The position numbers and the translations under genes are program-made. DNA of 64,000 nt from NCBI GenBank assembly GCA_964630685.1, contig CAZVVW010000003.1, positions 32,110 to 96,109 of the forward strand. The letters are read 5' to 3'. This stretch comes from an uncultured Methanosarcinales archaeon. Its GTDB lineage: Archaea; Nanobdellota; Nanobdellia; Woesearchaeales; BS150m-G63. Positions 37,531 through 46,788 of the stretch are shown here, in pieces. Each line of letters begins with the position of its first letter. Position 1 is the stretch's first letter. The notes under the pieces were generated by a model, which was not told the origin of the DNA, made no database searches, and saw nothing but the letters and a program-made list of their open reading frames with translations.

Positions 37531-38286
37531 ATGCCTTCAATAACTATTTGGATATATTCTCTATTGAGCGTAGTTATCGTTAGCTTAATCGCTTTTGTGG
37601 GTATAATAACATTATCTTTAAAAACTGAAAAATTGCAAAAATATCTACTCTACTTGGTGAGTTTTTCAGCGGGAGCATTATTTGGGGGAGCATTTATCCA
37701 TTTATTACCTGAAGCGGCAGAAGAATATGGTTTCACCCTTCAAATTTCACTTTATTTGATTTTGGGGATATTGATATTCTTTATATTAGAAAAATTCTTG
37801 CATTGGAGACATTGTCACACACCAACTTCTAAATCCCATAAACATCATTTAGGAATTATGAATCTAGTTGGAGATGGTTTTCACAACCTAATTGATGGGG
37901 CAATAATTGCTGGAAGTTATTTAGCTGGAATTCCTATAGGGATAGCAACAACAATTGCAGTTATTTTTCATGAAGTGCCTCAAGAAATTGGAGATTTTGG
38001 GATTTTAATTTATGCTGGATTTTCAAAAACTAAAGCATTGTTATTTAATTTTCTTTCAGCCTGTACAGCAATAATTGGAGCAATATTGGCGCTTATTTTG
38101 AGTACTAAAATGCCTGGAATAACTTCTTTTCTACTTCCTTTCACTGCAGGGGGATTTATTTACATAGCTGGTTCAGACTTAATTCCTGAGCTTCACAAAT
38201 CCTGTGAGCCATCCAAATCTTTTCCACAATTTTTTGCTTTATTATTGGGTATATTTGTGATGCTTGCGTTGACATTTTTAGAATAA
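37531..38286 (+). CDS. ZIP family zinc transporter
   Basis: His-rich loop HCHTPTSKSHKHH; GDGFHN and HEVPQEIGDF motifs. Confidence 0.93.
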   Translation: MPSITIWIYSLLSVVIVSLIAFVGIITLSLKTEKLQKYLLYLVSFSAGALFGGAFIHLLPEAAEEYGFTLQISLYLILGILIFFILEKFLHWRHCHTPTSKSHKHHLGIMNLVGDGFHNLIDGAIIAGSYLAGIPIGIATTIAVIFHEVPQEIGDFGILIYAGFSKTKALLFNFLSACTAIIGAILALILSTKMPGITSFLLPFTAGGFIYIAGSDLIPELHKSCEPSKSFPQFFALLLGIFVMLALTFLE

Positions 38287-38361
38287 TTCTAATATAATTT
38301 CTTAATTTTTATCAAAACACTTATAAATAGCCCTATTTTCTAAATTTATACTCAAATTTAC

Positions 38362-38477
38362 AGCGGAGTAGGGCAGCCAGGAGTGCCCGTCGGGCCCATA
38401 AATAAAAACATGGATATATTTTCTATGTAACTTCTTAGGAAACCCGGAGGTCAGAGGTTCAAATCCTCTCTCCGCTA
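38362..38477 (+). tRNA. Initiator tRNA-Met(CAT) with 41-nt intron (38401-38441)
   Basis: A1:T72 pair, GGG/CCC anticodon stem and D-stem GGGC/GCCC as in archaeal initiators; relaxed BHB (CCCA/TAGG); C at position 33. Confidence 0.9.
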
Positions 38478-38520
38478 TTTGTCATTATTCTTAGAAAAAT
38501 AGTTTCATAATTTATGTATA

Positions 38521-38568
38521 TCTTTTACTTATGGGCAATTGGGCTGTTAATACTGCCCTACTCCGCGG
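38521..38568 (-). pseudogene. Degenerate inverted copy of the initiator tRNA 5' half
   Basis: Minus strand reads GCGGAGTAGGGCAG-tattaaca-GCCC-aatt-GCCCATAA-gtaaaa versus tRNA GCGGAGTAGGGCAG-ccaggagt-GCCC-gtcgg-GCCCATAA-ataaaa. Confidence 0.7.
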
Positions 38569-38586
38569 AAACTTTTTGTGAATAAG

Positions 38587-40650
38587 TTATTTTATTCTGA
38601 AAAATAATATTAGTCCTAAAATGAATAAGAAAGAAACGAGGTAAATGAAATATTTCTTTAATTTTGTTATTGGTGATTGGAAAACTACTTTTGTGCTGTT
38701 TATTGTGGTCATCCCTATTGGTAAAATATGTTTTGTATTTTGATAATTTAGATTATTTGTTTCTGTGTTGTTGTTTAGAGTGGTTGTTTCAGTTATGGGT
38801 GTGAGAATTACAGAAATATCTTTTGTGATTTCTTTATTAGTTGCTTGATTATCTTTGTTTATTTTTACTTTTAATTTATAATCTCCTGGTTCTGTATCTG
38901 TGATTGTGTTTGTCAAATTTAATAAGATGGATGTTTGGGGTGGAAGAATTAATGTTTTGAGATTTTTTGTTCTTTCTCCAGAATAAGATGTGGTGTGATA
39001 GTAAACATAGCTCCATATTGAAATGTTGTGTGCGTAATCATCATTATTTGTTAAATTTATTGTTGTAGTGATTAGTTCGTTATTTTTTATTTCTCGTTGG
39101 AAAGAGTCTAAGGAATAATAGAATCCACTTTCTGATTGAGTGTTGGTGGTTGTTGTTTGGGAACATGTTTGAGTGGGGCAAGAACAATCATCATTAGAGT
39201 TTTCTATGTATTCTATCTCGCAAAGACTGTTAGTTTTTCCAGATATTGAGATTGCTTTTTGATCAGAAGTTGAAAGCCCTTCTATGTATAAAATATAACT
39301 GCCATCGCCGTAATCCTCATCGCAATTTGGCTTGAGTTGTAAGGGCATTGTGAAAGAATACTGAGTGTATTTTTCGTTTAGAGTTATTTTTGAGGTTGCA
39401 CTGGTTATTTTTTTTCCATCTGCACCTTCAACCCAAGCCTCTAGAACTTTTTTTTGTGTGTTTCCTTTATACACTTCTACTTCTGCACGGATTGTCTCTC
39501 CGAAATGTATGGGGGAAGAGGAAGAGGAAGAAGAAAAAATATCTTGAATGTTGATATTAGATTCTTCCTCCAAAGTTATATTGTTGATTATCACTACTAG
39601 TTTTTCTGCTTCTGTAGTTCCAATATTATTGCATGCTAAATTAGCTATTCTATTTTTAATTAAAAGGGTTTTTTCAGTTGAGTCTATATTAGGTGTGTAA
39701 GTTTTTTGATTGAGATTTGTGGTATTTGTTTTTGATTTGATGATTGTTTCAAATAAATCTTCAATCCAATATTCAATTGTGAAAGGGAGAGAATCATTTG
39801 TTAGTGTGTTATAGTAAATTATTTGTTCTTGATTATTGTAGATTACTTTTTCTACAGAGAGGTTTATTGAAATATTGCAAGTGTTGTTAGTGGTATCTAT
39901 TATTGAAAATGTTTTACAATCTAAATTATTTTCTGAATTGTTATCAGGGTTTGAACTGTTAATTATTTCCCCACAAAGAGTGTAGTTTCCAGACGAATTG
40001 ATTAAGATTGTCCCTGTATCTGATGTAGTGTAAGAATTTATTGTAGAATTAAATTGTGCTTGTTTCACTATACTGTTGTTTTTGGTTAGATTATAATGTG
40101 TTGTGATATTTATTTGGTCTGTTTGTCCAGAAATATGATCTAAATTTGTAATCTTGAACAATCTATCATACTCTACATTGAGGTATATTGGTTCATCTAA
40201 ATTAACTTCTATTTTTAGGTCTTTATTGGTGGGATAAGTTTGATTGTCAGAAGAATTGGATTGGTTGGAGTGATTAATTGGTGGTGCAGATATATTTATC
40301 ATGATTGTTTGGTTATTATTTGAAATATTATTATCAGATATATTGATTATGGCGTTGATTGTGTATGTTCCATTTGATGTATTTTGCCAAATGGTTGAAA
40401 TATTTATTGTTTGGTTGGGGGTTAATTCTGGAATTGTGTGGTTTGAATGTGTTTGATTGTTTATTATGAAAAAAAGATTGGTGGTGTTGGTTGTTTGATT
40501 TCCTAAGTTAATTATTGTAGATATAAAAGTAAAATTATGGGAGTTATTTGATGCTTCTAAATTTATTATTGCTAAATCCACTCCTTGTTGGTCTGCTAAA
40601 ACAAATACTGTTAAGGTTATAGTTATTAAAAATAATACATATTTTCTCAT
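38587..40650 (-). CDS. Secreted Asn/Thr-rich surface protein with CARDB/Ig-like domains and C-terminal anchor
   Basis: Signal peptide, VDLAII.L...N.G..., DNNISNN motif, many N-x-S/T sequons, C-terminal TM. Confidence 0.8.
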   Translation of the reverse strand: MRKYVLFLITITLTVFVLADQQGVDLAIINLEASNNSHNFTFISTIINLGNQTTNTTNLFFIINNQTHSNHTIPELTPNQTINISTIWQNTSNGTYTINAIINISDNNISNNNQTIMINISAPPINHSNQSNSSDNQTYPTNKDLKIEVNLDEPIYLNVEYDRLFKITNLDHISGQTDQINITTHYNLTKNNSIVKQAQFNSTINSYTTSDTGTILINSSGNYTLCGEIINSSNPDNNSENNLDCKTFSIIDTTNNTCNISINLSVEKVIYNNQEQIIYYNTLTNDSLPFTIEYWIEDLFETIIKSKTNTTNLNQKTYTPNIDSTEKTLLIKNRIANLACNNIGTTEAEKLVVIINNITLEEESNINIQDIFSSSSSSSPIHFGETIRAEVEVYKGNTQKKVLEAWVEGADGKKITSATSKITLNEKYTQYSFTMPLQLKPNCDEDYGDGSYILYIEGLSTSDQKAISISGKTNSLCEIEYIENSNDDCSCPTQTCSQTTTTNTQSESGFYYSLDSFQREIKNNELITTTINLTNNDDYAHNISIWSYVYYHTTSYSGERTKNLKTLILPPQTSILLNLTNTITDTEPGDYKLKVKINKDNQATNKEITKDISVILTPITETTTLNNNTETNNLNYQNTKHILPIGMTTINSTKVVFQSPITKLKKYFIYLVSFLFILGLILFFRIK

Positions 40651-40801
40651 GATAAATTATATGAAAATTAAATTAATAACCTTTAGCTAAGAAAAATCGG
40701 AAATAATGTTTAAGGTTTTGAAAAAAGGAGTTGTTTAGTTGAAATATTTTCAATGATTTAATTGGTGGTGGAAGAATCTCTGGTTTTTCTGGATTATCTG
40801 A

Positions 40802-42508
40802 TTATATCTCTCCAGGATTTGCTTGATTGAAAATGAATGTATTTATGGTATCCCCTATTTTTTGAATAGGGGTTCTTTTTATGGTTTGAGATTCTGGAAG
40901 AAGTTCATCTTTAAGAGGTATTTCCATACCATTTTTTACAAGAGTGCTGAAAATTTTATTTTTTATTGTTGATGATTCATTTTCCCCTAATTTTTTATCA
41001 CTTCCGAATGCATTGTACCTATAAACATCTCCCTTAGAAATGTAATATATTGCTCCATCTATGATGTGATTATTTGTGTTATATGTTGCTGTATTTATGT
41101 ATTCTTGTTGGTTTACTGCATATATTGCTAATTTTTCAGGTATTCCCATTTTGTTAATTATATTGGATAATAAATCTTCATCTGTTATAGTCATGCCAGT
41201 TATGGGATCTAACACTTGTAATTTTCCTTGATTTTCTTTTACCTTTATTTTAGAAGTCGTTTCCGATCTTAATAGCGGTTCTATTGTTTCTATGATATCT
41301 TGAGTGTTTAGTGAGCTGTTTTTTAATTTCTTTATTGCTTTTGCAGAAGATTCTTTTGCCTTATTTAAGTCTATCACACTTCCGGTTTTTACCAAACTAG
41401 CAGTTTCTGTTAAATCTATTTCTAATGGTGGTTCTTGATCTTTTAATTTTGCTATTTCTTTTAATTTAGTGATTTCTTGAAGAATCTTTGTTGGTTCTTT
41501 TTCTAATGAGTGTGATGCTGTTATGCTATCCGTGTATGCCATTATGTTTGTTGGATCTAATTTTAATATTTTTTCTGTGGAATGGATTAATTCTTTTGAT
41601 AATCTTAATTTTTTTGCTACATCTCCTTTTGCTTCGAGTGCTTGTACTTGAACATCTGATCCTAAAGATTCTGCTTTTTTAACTATTTCATCTGCTTGTT
41701 TTCTTAGTTCGTTTGCTTTGTTCGAAGGTGTTGTTGCTGTTTTCTCTAATTCTAACAATTTTCCTTTGATAATATTGCTTCCTGCTTCAACTTGCAAACT
41801 TATATCTGATGAATGTTCATATATATTCTTTAAATCATCAAGTGCTTTTTGCGTATCTTCTTTTGATTCGATTAATTGTATTGCTTGCTCCAATGTTTTT
41901 GCTGCGACTTTTGAATCTATTATAACTGTGGGTTTGAGAGATACTTTTTCTCCCAACTCCTTTAATTGTTCTTTTACTTCTTGTTCTTTTTGAATCTGTA
42001 ATATTATTTCTTTTGCCCTTTCTTCTGTTTCCTTTACCTCTTTTTCTTTTATTTCTTCTAATTGCTTTTTGAGTGCATTTGCTTTTTTCTTTTTTGATTT
42101 TGAGCTTTTTTTGCCATATCTTTTTTCGATTGCTTCTTTTTCTTTTTCTGCAATGGATTTTCCTAATTCATTTATTTTTTCTTCTGTTTCTTCTAATTGT
42201 TGTTCGAGTGTTTCTTTAGTTTCTTCTAATTGTGATTTTTGTATTTCTGCTACTGCTTTTTGTGTTTCTGCCTCTCTTGCCGCACCTTCATCTATGGAAT
42301 CTTCTTGTAATGTTTCTTCTTTTGCTGACGGGGTGTCTTTTTCTGGTGAGATTTCTTTTGTTGATTCTTCTTTTGCTGAAGAGGTATCTTGTTCTGAATT
42401 TGCAATCGTGAATCCTGTTAAGGGGTCTTGAGTGCATCCGCTAAAGGACCATAAGACTATTGTTAATATTAGTAATATTCCTATTTTTGTTTGTAATTGT
42501 TTTTTCAT
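40802..42508 (-). CDS. Secreted/lipoprotein-like coiled-coil protein
   Basis: Signal LWSFSG|C followed by LTGFTI motif; long E/K heptad region. Confidence 0.75.
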   Translation of the reverse strand: MKKQLQTKIGILLILTIVLWSFSGCTQDPLTGFTIANSEQDTSSAKEESTKEISPEKDTPSAKEETLQEDSIDEGAAREAETQKAVAEIQKSQLEETKETLEQQLEETEEKINELGKSIAEKEKEAIEKRYGKKSSKSKKKKANALKKQLEEIKEKEVKETEERAKEIILQIQKEQEVKEQLKELGEKVSLKPTVIIDSKVAAKTLEQAIQLIESKEDTQKALDDLKNIYEHSSDISLQVEAGSNIIKGKLLELEKTATTPSNKANELRKQADEIVKKAESLGSDVQVQALEAKGDVAKKLRLSKELIHSTEKILKLDPTNIMAYTDSITASHSLEKEPTKILQEITKLKEIAKLKDQEPPLEIDLTETASLVKTGSVIDLNKAKESSAKAIKKLKNSSLNTQDIIETIEPLLRSETTSKIKVKENQGKLQVLDPITGMTITDEDLLSNIINKMGIPEKLAIYAVNQQEYINTATYNTNNHIIDGAIYYISKGDVYRYNAFGSDKKLGENESSTIKNKIFSTLVKNGMEIPLKDELLPESQTIKRTPIQKIGDTINTFIFNQANPGEI

Positions 42509-42511
42509 TTT

Positions 42512-43816
42512 TTATAATACTAAATAAACTAAAAAGATTATTGATAATATCTTAGTCGGTGTGCTTAATTCTTTTATTTTTCCTAAAAATAATTTAAATA
42601 AAAAGTAAATTATGAATCCTAATGCAATTCCTTTGGGTATTGAAAATGTTAAGGGGATTAATGCCATTGTTGCATAAGCAGGAAAATTATTGGAGATATC
42701 TTTTTTCTTTAATTTGCCTATCAAAGACACCATGCTAAATCCAGTTACAATAAGTATTGCAGAGATTAAGGCTATTGGAATTAGCGTTATTATCGATGAG
42801 AAAAATAATAATGAGATTAATAAAATTGCTGATGTTAGAGAAGTTAATCCTGTTTTTCCCCCTTCTTTTAATCCTGCTATATTTTCTGCTCTTGTTGAAA
42901 CGAATGGTACTCCAAAAAGGGTCCCTAATATTCCTGCAAGAGAATCTGAAATAAGTATTTTTTTTATCCCTTTTATGTTGTAATTTTTATTTAGATTAGA
43001 TTTCTTAGATGTACTTATTATGATTGTTGTTGTTGTAAAAAATATAATAATTAAGAAGGAAAATACTAATTCTGGAGAATTAAAGGCTCCAAGAATATCT
43101 AATTTTAAAGATAGTGGTGTGATCAATTGGGGTTGTGTTAAAAATTTTGTAGGGATTGTTGTGTTACCTATTAACCAAGAAAATGATGTTAAAATGAAAG
43201 TTACCCATAAAAATGCTCCTTTAATCCCTTTTGAAAGGAAAATAATTAATAAGAAAATTCCCACTAAAGTTAACATGGCTTTTGTTGTTAAAAAATTACC
43301 AAATAATAAGAAAAATTTATGATTTGATACTAACATTCCTGAAAGTTTTAATCCTATCAAAACTAAAAATATACCTATTCCCGCACCTATTGCTTTTTTT
43401 AATACTAAGGGTATAGATTCTAATAATATATCTCTTAATTTTGATGTAGCTATTATCAAATAGATTATTCCTGCAATGAATAATGCCCCTAATGCTGTCT
43501 GCCAGTAAATTCCTTTTCCAATTACTACTGAATATACAAAATAACTTGTTAATGCGAAACTTGGTGCAAGTACAAATGGTTTTTTTGCGAATAAAGACAT
43601 TAAAAGTGTTGCAAAAATAGATACTAAAACTATGGAAGTGAATACTGCCTCTTGTGGCATTCCTGCGTCTTTTAGGATTTTAGGAATCAGAAAAAATAAA
43701 TATGAAATGGAGATGAAGGATGTTAAACCTGCTAAGATTTCATTATTCCAAGAAGTATTTTTTAATTTATTGAGATTGTAAAATTTAATTAATCTTTTAA
43801 AACACAAATTATTCAC
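42512..43816 (-). CDS. NCS2/AzgA-type purine permease
   Basis: EILAGLTSF, KPFVLAPS, AIGAGIGIFL, E..AG..EGGKTGLT. Confidence 0.88.
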   Translation of the reverse strand: MNNLCFKRLIKFYNLNKLKNTSWNNEILAGLTSFISISYLFFLIPKILKDAGMPQEAVFTSIVLVSIFATLLMSLFAKKPFVLAPSFALTSYFVYSVVIGKGIYWQTALGALFIAGIIYLIIATSKLRDILLESIPLVLKKAIGAGIGIFLVLIGLKLSGMLVSNHKFFLLFGNFLTTKAMLTLVGIFLLIIFLSKGIKGAFLWVTFILTSFSWLIGNTTIPTKFLTQPQLITPLSLKLDILGAFNSPELVFSFLIIIFFTTTTIIISTSKKSNLNKNYNIKGIKKILISDSLAGILGTLFGVPFVSTRAENIAGLKEGGKTGLTSLTSAILLISLLFFSSIITLIPIALISAILIVTGFSMVSLIGKLKKKDISNNFPAYATMALIPLTFSIPKGIALGFIIYFLFKLFLGKIKELSTPTKILSIIFLVYLVL

Positions 43817-43891
43817 CCCTTTAGTGATTATATGTTTGTATGTTTATATAAGTATGGATATTCCTATATTTATATAAGTATTTAAATATTT

Positions 43892-44902
43892 TTATTCCCA
43901 CAATCCTTTTATGGTTGTGTTACAATTGCACTTGTTGTTTTTTATGTTGTTTTGGGTTATTGAGTAAACTGTTCTTTTTATTAATAATTTATTGCATTTT
44001 GGGCAATAAGTATTTTCTCCCTTAAGTGTCTGTATGTTACCAATATAAACATAATTGAGATATTTTTGTGCTATTTTTTGTGCTTTTGTTAATGTTTTTA
44101 GTAGAGTGGGATTTACGTTTGGCATTTTATAAGAAGGGAAAAATCTAGAAAAATGTAGAGGGGTATTTTTAGTTGTGTTTTTTGAAAGCCATTTGCACAT
44201 TTCTTCTATTTTTTTGGGTTTGTCGTTGTGTGTAGGAATTACTAAGTTGGTTATTTCTAGCCAAACTTTTTGTTGGTGTAATGTTTTTATTGTTTCTAGA
44301 ACTGGTTTTAGACTTGCAGAGGTTAATTCTTTGTAAAATTTTTCTGTGAATGATTTTAGATCTATATTTGCTGCATCAATATATTTACACCACTCTTTTA
44401 ATGGTTTTTGATTGATATATCCATTAGAAACTATTATATTTTTCAGTCCTGCTTTTTTAGCAAGTTTTGATGTCTCTAACACATATTCATAAAAAATTGT
44501 GGGTTCATTGTAAGTGTAAGCAATTATTTTACAACTATGTTTTAGTGCTTCTTTTATTATTTCTCGAGGTTGGATTTTTTTGGGCGTGGAATATTTTATA
44601 TCCCCTATGTTAATTTGTGATGTGTCTGCGTTTTGACAGAATTTACAGTGAAGATTGCACCCTGTAGTTCCAATTGATAATGCTTTTGCTCCAGGAAAAA
44701 AATGGAAAAGGGGTTTTTTTTCTATGGGGTCTATTGCGATAGATATTGGTTGTGTATAAACCAGACTCTGCAATTTTCCATTTATGTTTTTTCTTGCTTT
44801 GCAATCTCCTAATTGTGTTGGTTTTAATGTGCAGAATTTTGGACAAAGTTGACACTGAACTATTTTATTTTTTAATTTTTTATAATAAAGGGATTCTTTC
44901 AT
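43892..44902 (-). CDS. AmmeMemoRadiSam-type radical SAM enzyme
   Basis: VQCQLCPKFC, DPIEKKPLFHF, GCNLHCKFCQN, YTYNEP, HFSRFFP. Confidence 0.92.
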   Translation of the reverse strand: MKESLYYKKLKNKIVQCQLCPKFCTLKPTQLGDCKARKNINGKLQSLVYTQPISIAIDPIEKKPLFHFFPGAKALSIGTTGCNLHCKFCQNADTSQINIGDIKYSTPKKIQPREIIKEALKHSCKIIAYTYNEPTIFYEYVLETSKLAKKAGLKNIIVSNGYINQKPLKEWCKYIDAANIDLKSFTEKFYKELTSASLKPVLETIKTLHQQKVWLEITNLVIPTHNDKPKKIEEMCKWLSKNTTKNTPLHFSRFFPSYKMPNVNPTLLKTLTKAQKIAQKYLNYVYIGNIQTLKGENTYCPKCNKLLIKRTVYSITQNNIKNNKCNCNTTIKGLWE

Positions 44903-45030
44903 CTAAGGGTTTTATGAGTTGAATTTATTAAAAACTTTCTAAAAGAATTTGTTACTATTCTTGTGTAGTTCAAAAAGTTTTAATAAGCTATGTATTTATG
45001 TTGATTTAATTGATAGAGGAGAATATTGTA

Positions 45031-45951
45031 ATGGCATTTAACTTATTCAAAAAGAAACCTAAAAAAAATAAATCTGGCGCTGGAAATTTGCCGCCCAAAC
45101 CTAAATTAGAACCTTTAGCTAAACCAAATATCCCTGGTATTCCTGAAGTCCCTAATGCTCATGAAACTAATGTTCCTGGAATTCTGCCTATGAATCAACC
45201 AATTTCTTCTCCTGGAAATATTTCGCCACCCATTATACCTGAGGGTGTCGCCCCACCAATTCAACCAAGTATGGGGGCTCCTGAAATTCCTCCAATAAAT
45301 GCACCAAAGATGCCTCCAATTCAAGAACCACTAATTAAATCACCTAATCCTGTTGTCCCACCAAGGGAAAATCCTATTCCCCCAATACCTGTCAGATCAA
45401 AACAAGATATTGCTGAACCTATTGCACCAATGGGTGAAGGAATTGCTATACCTGCCCCTGAAATGGACAAACCATTTATGGCCCCATTGAGTGCTGGAGA
45501 ATCTAAAGAATTTAAAGATCCTGTTGAAGAAGAACTTATTCCTTTTGATAAAGAAGAAAAAACTGTAAATGATCCATTTACAAGTGAAAGTGGTGATGAA
45601 TTACCTTCATTTCCCGAATCTGGGGCTGTAAAATATACTGGAGAAATACCTAATCCCCCTGCTTATTTTTCTCGAATGGGTGAAATAAGAGAAGAAGTTG
45701 AAAGGGATAGTAGAATACACCATAGATTACTGAAAAAACCAATTTTTGTAGAGGTTAATGATTATAGAAAAATAGTAAAAGAAATAGGTTCCATTAAAAA
45801 AGATTCTAAAAAATCTAAAGATGTTACTCAATCCTTAGAGGGTTTGAAAACTAAAATGGAAAGTAAATTAAAGGTATGGAACAAGGAATTAGAAAAAATA
45901 CAAAGAAATTTAGTTTTCATGGATAAAGTTTTATTTGAAGAAAGTGGGTGA
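45031..45951 (+). CDS. Pro-rich disordered protein with C-terminal helical domain
   Basis: MAFNLFKKK start (GAGGAG SD), long Pro/Glu region, C-terminal PIFVEVNDY...W..EL...F.D..LFE. Confidence 0.85.
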   Translation: MAFNLFKKKPKKNKSGAGNLPPKPKLEPLAKPNIPGIPEVPNAHETNVPGILPMNQPISSPGNISPPIIPEGVAPPIQPSMGAPEIPPINAPKMPPIQEPLIKSPNPVVPPRENPIPPIPVRSKQDIAEPIAPMGEGIAIPAPEMDKPFMAPLSAGESKEFKDPVEEELIPFDKEEKTVNDPFTSESGDELPSFPESGAVKYTGEIPNPPAYFSRMGEIREEVERDSRIHHRLLKKPIFVEVNDYRKIVKEIGSIKKDSKKSKDVTQSLEGLKTKMESKLKVWNKELEKIQRNLVFMDKVLFEESG

Positions 45952-45959
45952 TTGGAAAT

Positions 45960-46193
45960 ATGACTGAAGAAAAAAATGCACCATTATTCATAAAGGTTGA
46001 AAATTATAGGGAAGTGTTAGAATTAATGAGAAGTATAAAGAAAAAAGTTATTGAGTCAAAAGCTACTTTGGAAAAAATTTATGAATTAAAAGGTGAAGAA
46101 GACCTCAAAATAGAAGAATGGGATGATATTTTAAAGGATTTAGAGAAAAAAGTTGATTTTATTGATGAAGGGTTATTTGAACCCAAAGTATAG
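45960..46193 (+). CDS. Small helical protein homologous to the C-terminal domain of the upstream gene
   Basis: PLFIKVENY...SIKK...W..IL...FID..LFE; GGTGA SD overlaps the upstream stop. Confidence 0.85.
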   Translation: MTEEKNAPLFIKVENYREVLELMRSIKKKVIESKATLEKIYELKGEEDLKIEEWDDILKDLEKKVDFIDEGLFEPKV

Positions 46194-46209
46194 ATAAAAT
46201 AAAGGTGAA

Positions 46210-46539
46210 ATGATGGGTAAATTCTATATGGGTATTAAAGACCCCATGGGACTAAGGAAAGCTTTGCTTGATTGTTCTAGAGGAATTTTGACTTCTTTAC
46301 AAAATTATGAAACTTATAATTCTATAAGAGAAAGAAAGGCTGCATACATTGCAAAATTAAAAGAAGATATTGCTGAAATAAATAGGTTGAGTGTTAAACT
46401 TCAAACTATATTGCCTGAAGAGGAAGAAAAAAAGAAAGCCCCTAAAACACATAAGAAAAAAACAGGAGAGTACGACATAGGAGATTTAAGTGAAGAATTA
46501 AGCGAAATTGAAGCCAAAATGGCAAAATTAGATATTTGA
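46210..46539 (+). CDS. Uncharacterised coiled-coil protein
   Basis: FYMGIKDP..LRK.LL...; AAGGTGA SD. Confidence 0.82.
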   Translation: MMGKFYMGIKDPMGLRKALLDCSRGILTSLQNYETYNSIRERKAAYIAKLKEDIAEINRLSVKLQTILPEEEEKKKAPKTHKKKTGEYDIGDLSEELSEIEAKMAKLDI

Positions 46540-46590
46540 TGGTAAGATTTTTATATTGGTCGGAATTCTTTTGTGTTATTAATGATTTAA

Positions 46591-46724
46591 GAGGGGGTAC
46601 CGAAGTCTGGTCAAACGAGCTGGACTCAAGTTATTGAGTTGTGAGGCAATAGCCGATGATTGTTGCCCGCTATGAGGAATCCAGTCCCTTAGTGGGTTCG
46701 AGGGTTCGAATCCCTCCCCCCTCA
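46591..46724 (+). tRNA. tRNA-Leu(CAA) with 48-nt intron (46631-46678)
   Basis: Acceptor GAGGGGG/CCCCCTC; CTGGA-CTCAAG|A-TCCAG; perfect BHB central helix CTCA/TGAG; long variable arm. Confidence 0.93.
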
Positions 46725-46788
46725 TCCAATAATTATCAAAAATAATTGAAATAAAAGAGATTAATAAACCAAAATAAACTAAATTAAA

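Noticed and set aside
37304-37543. 79-aa ORF on + strand
   Set aside because: Lies antisense across tRNA-Ser and its repeat.
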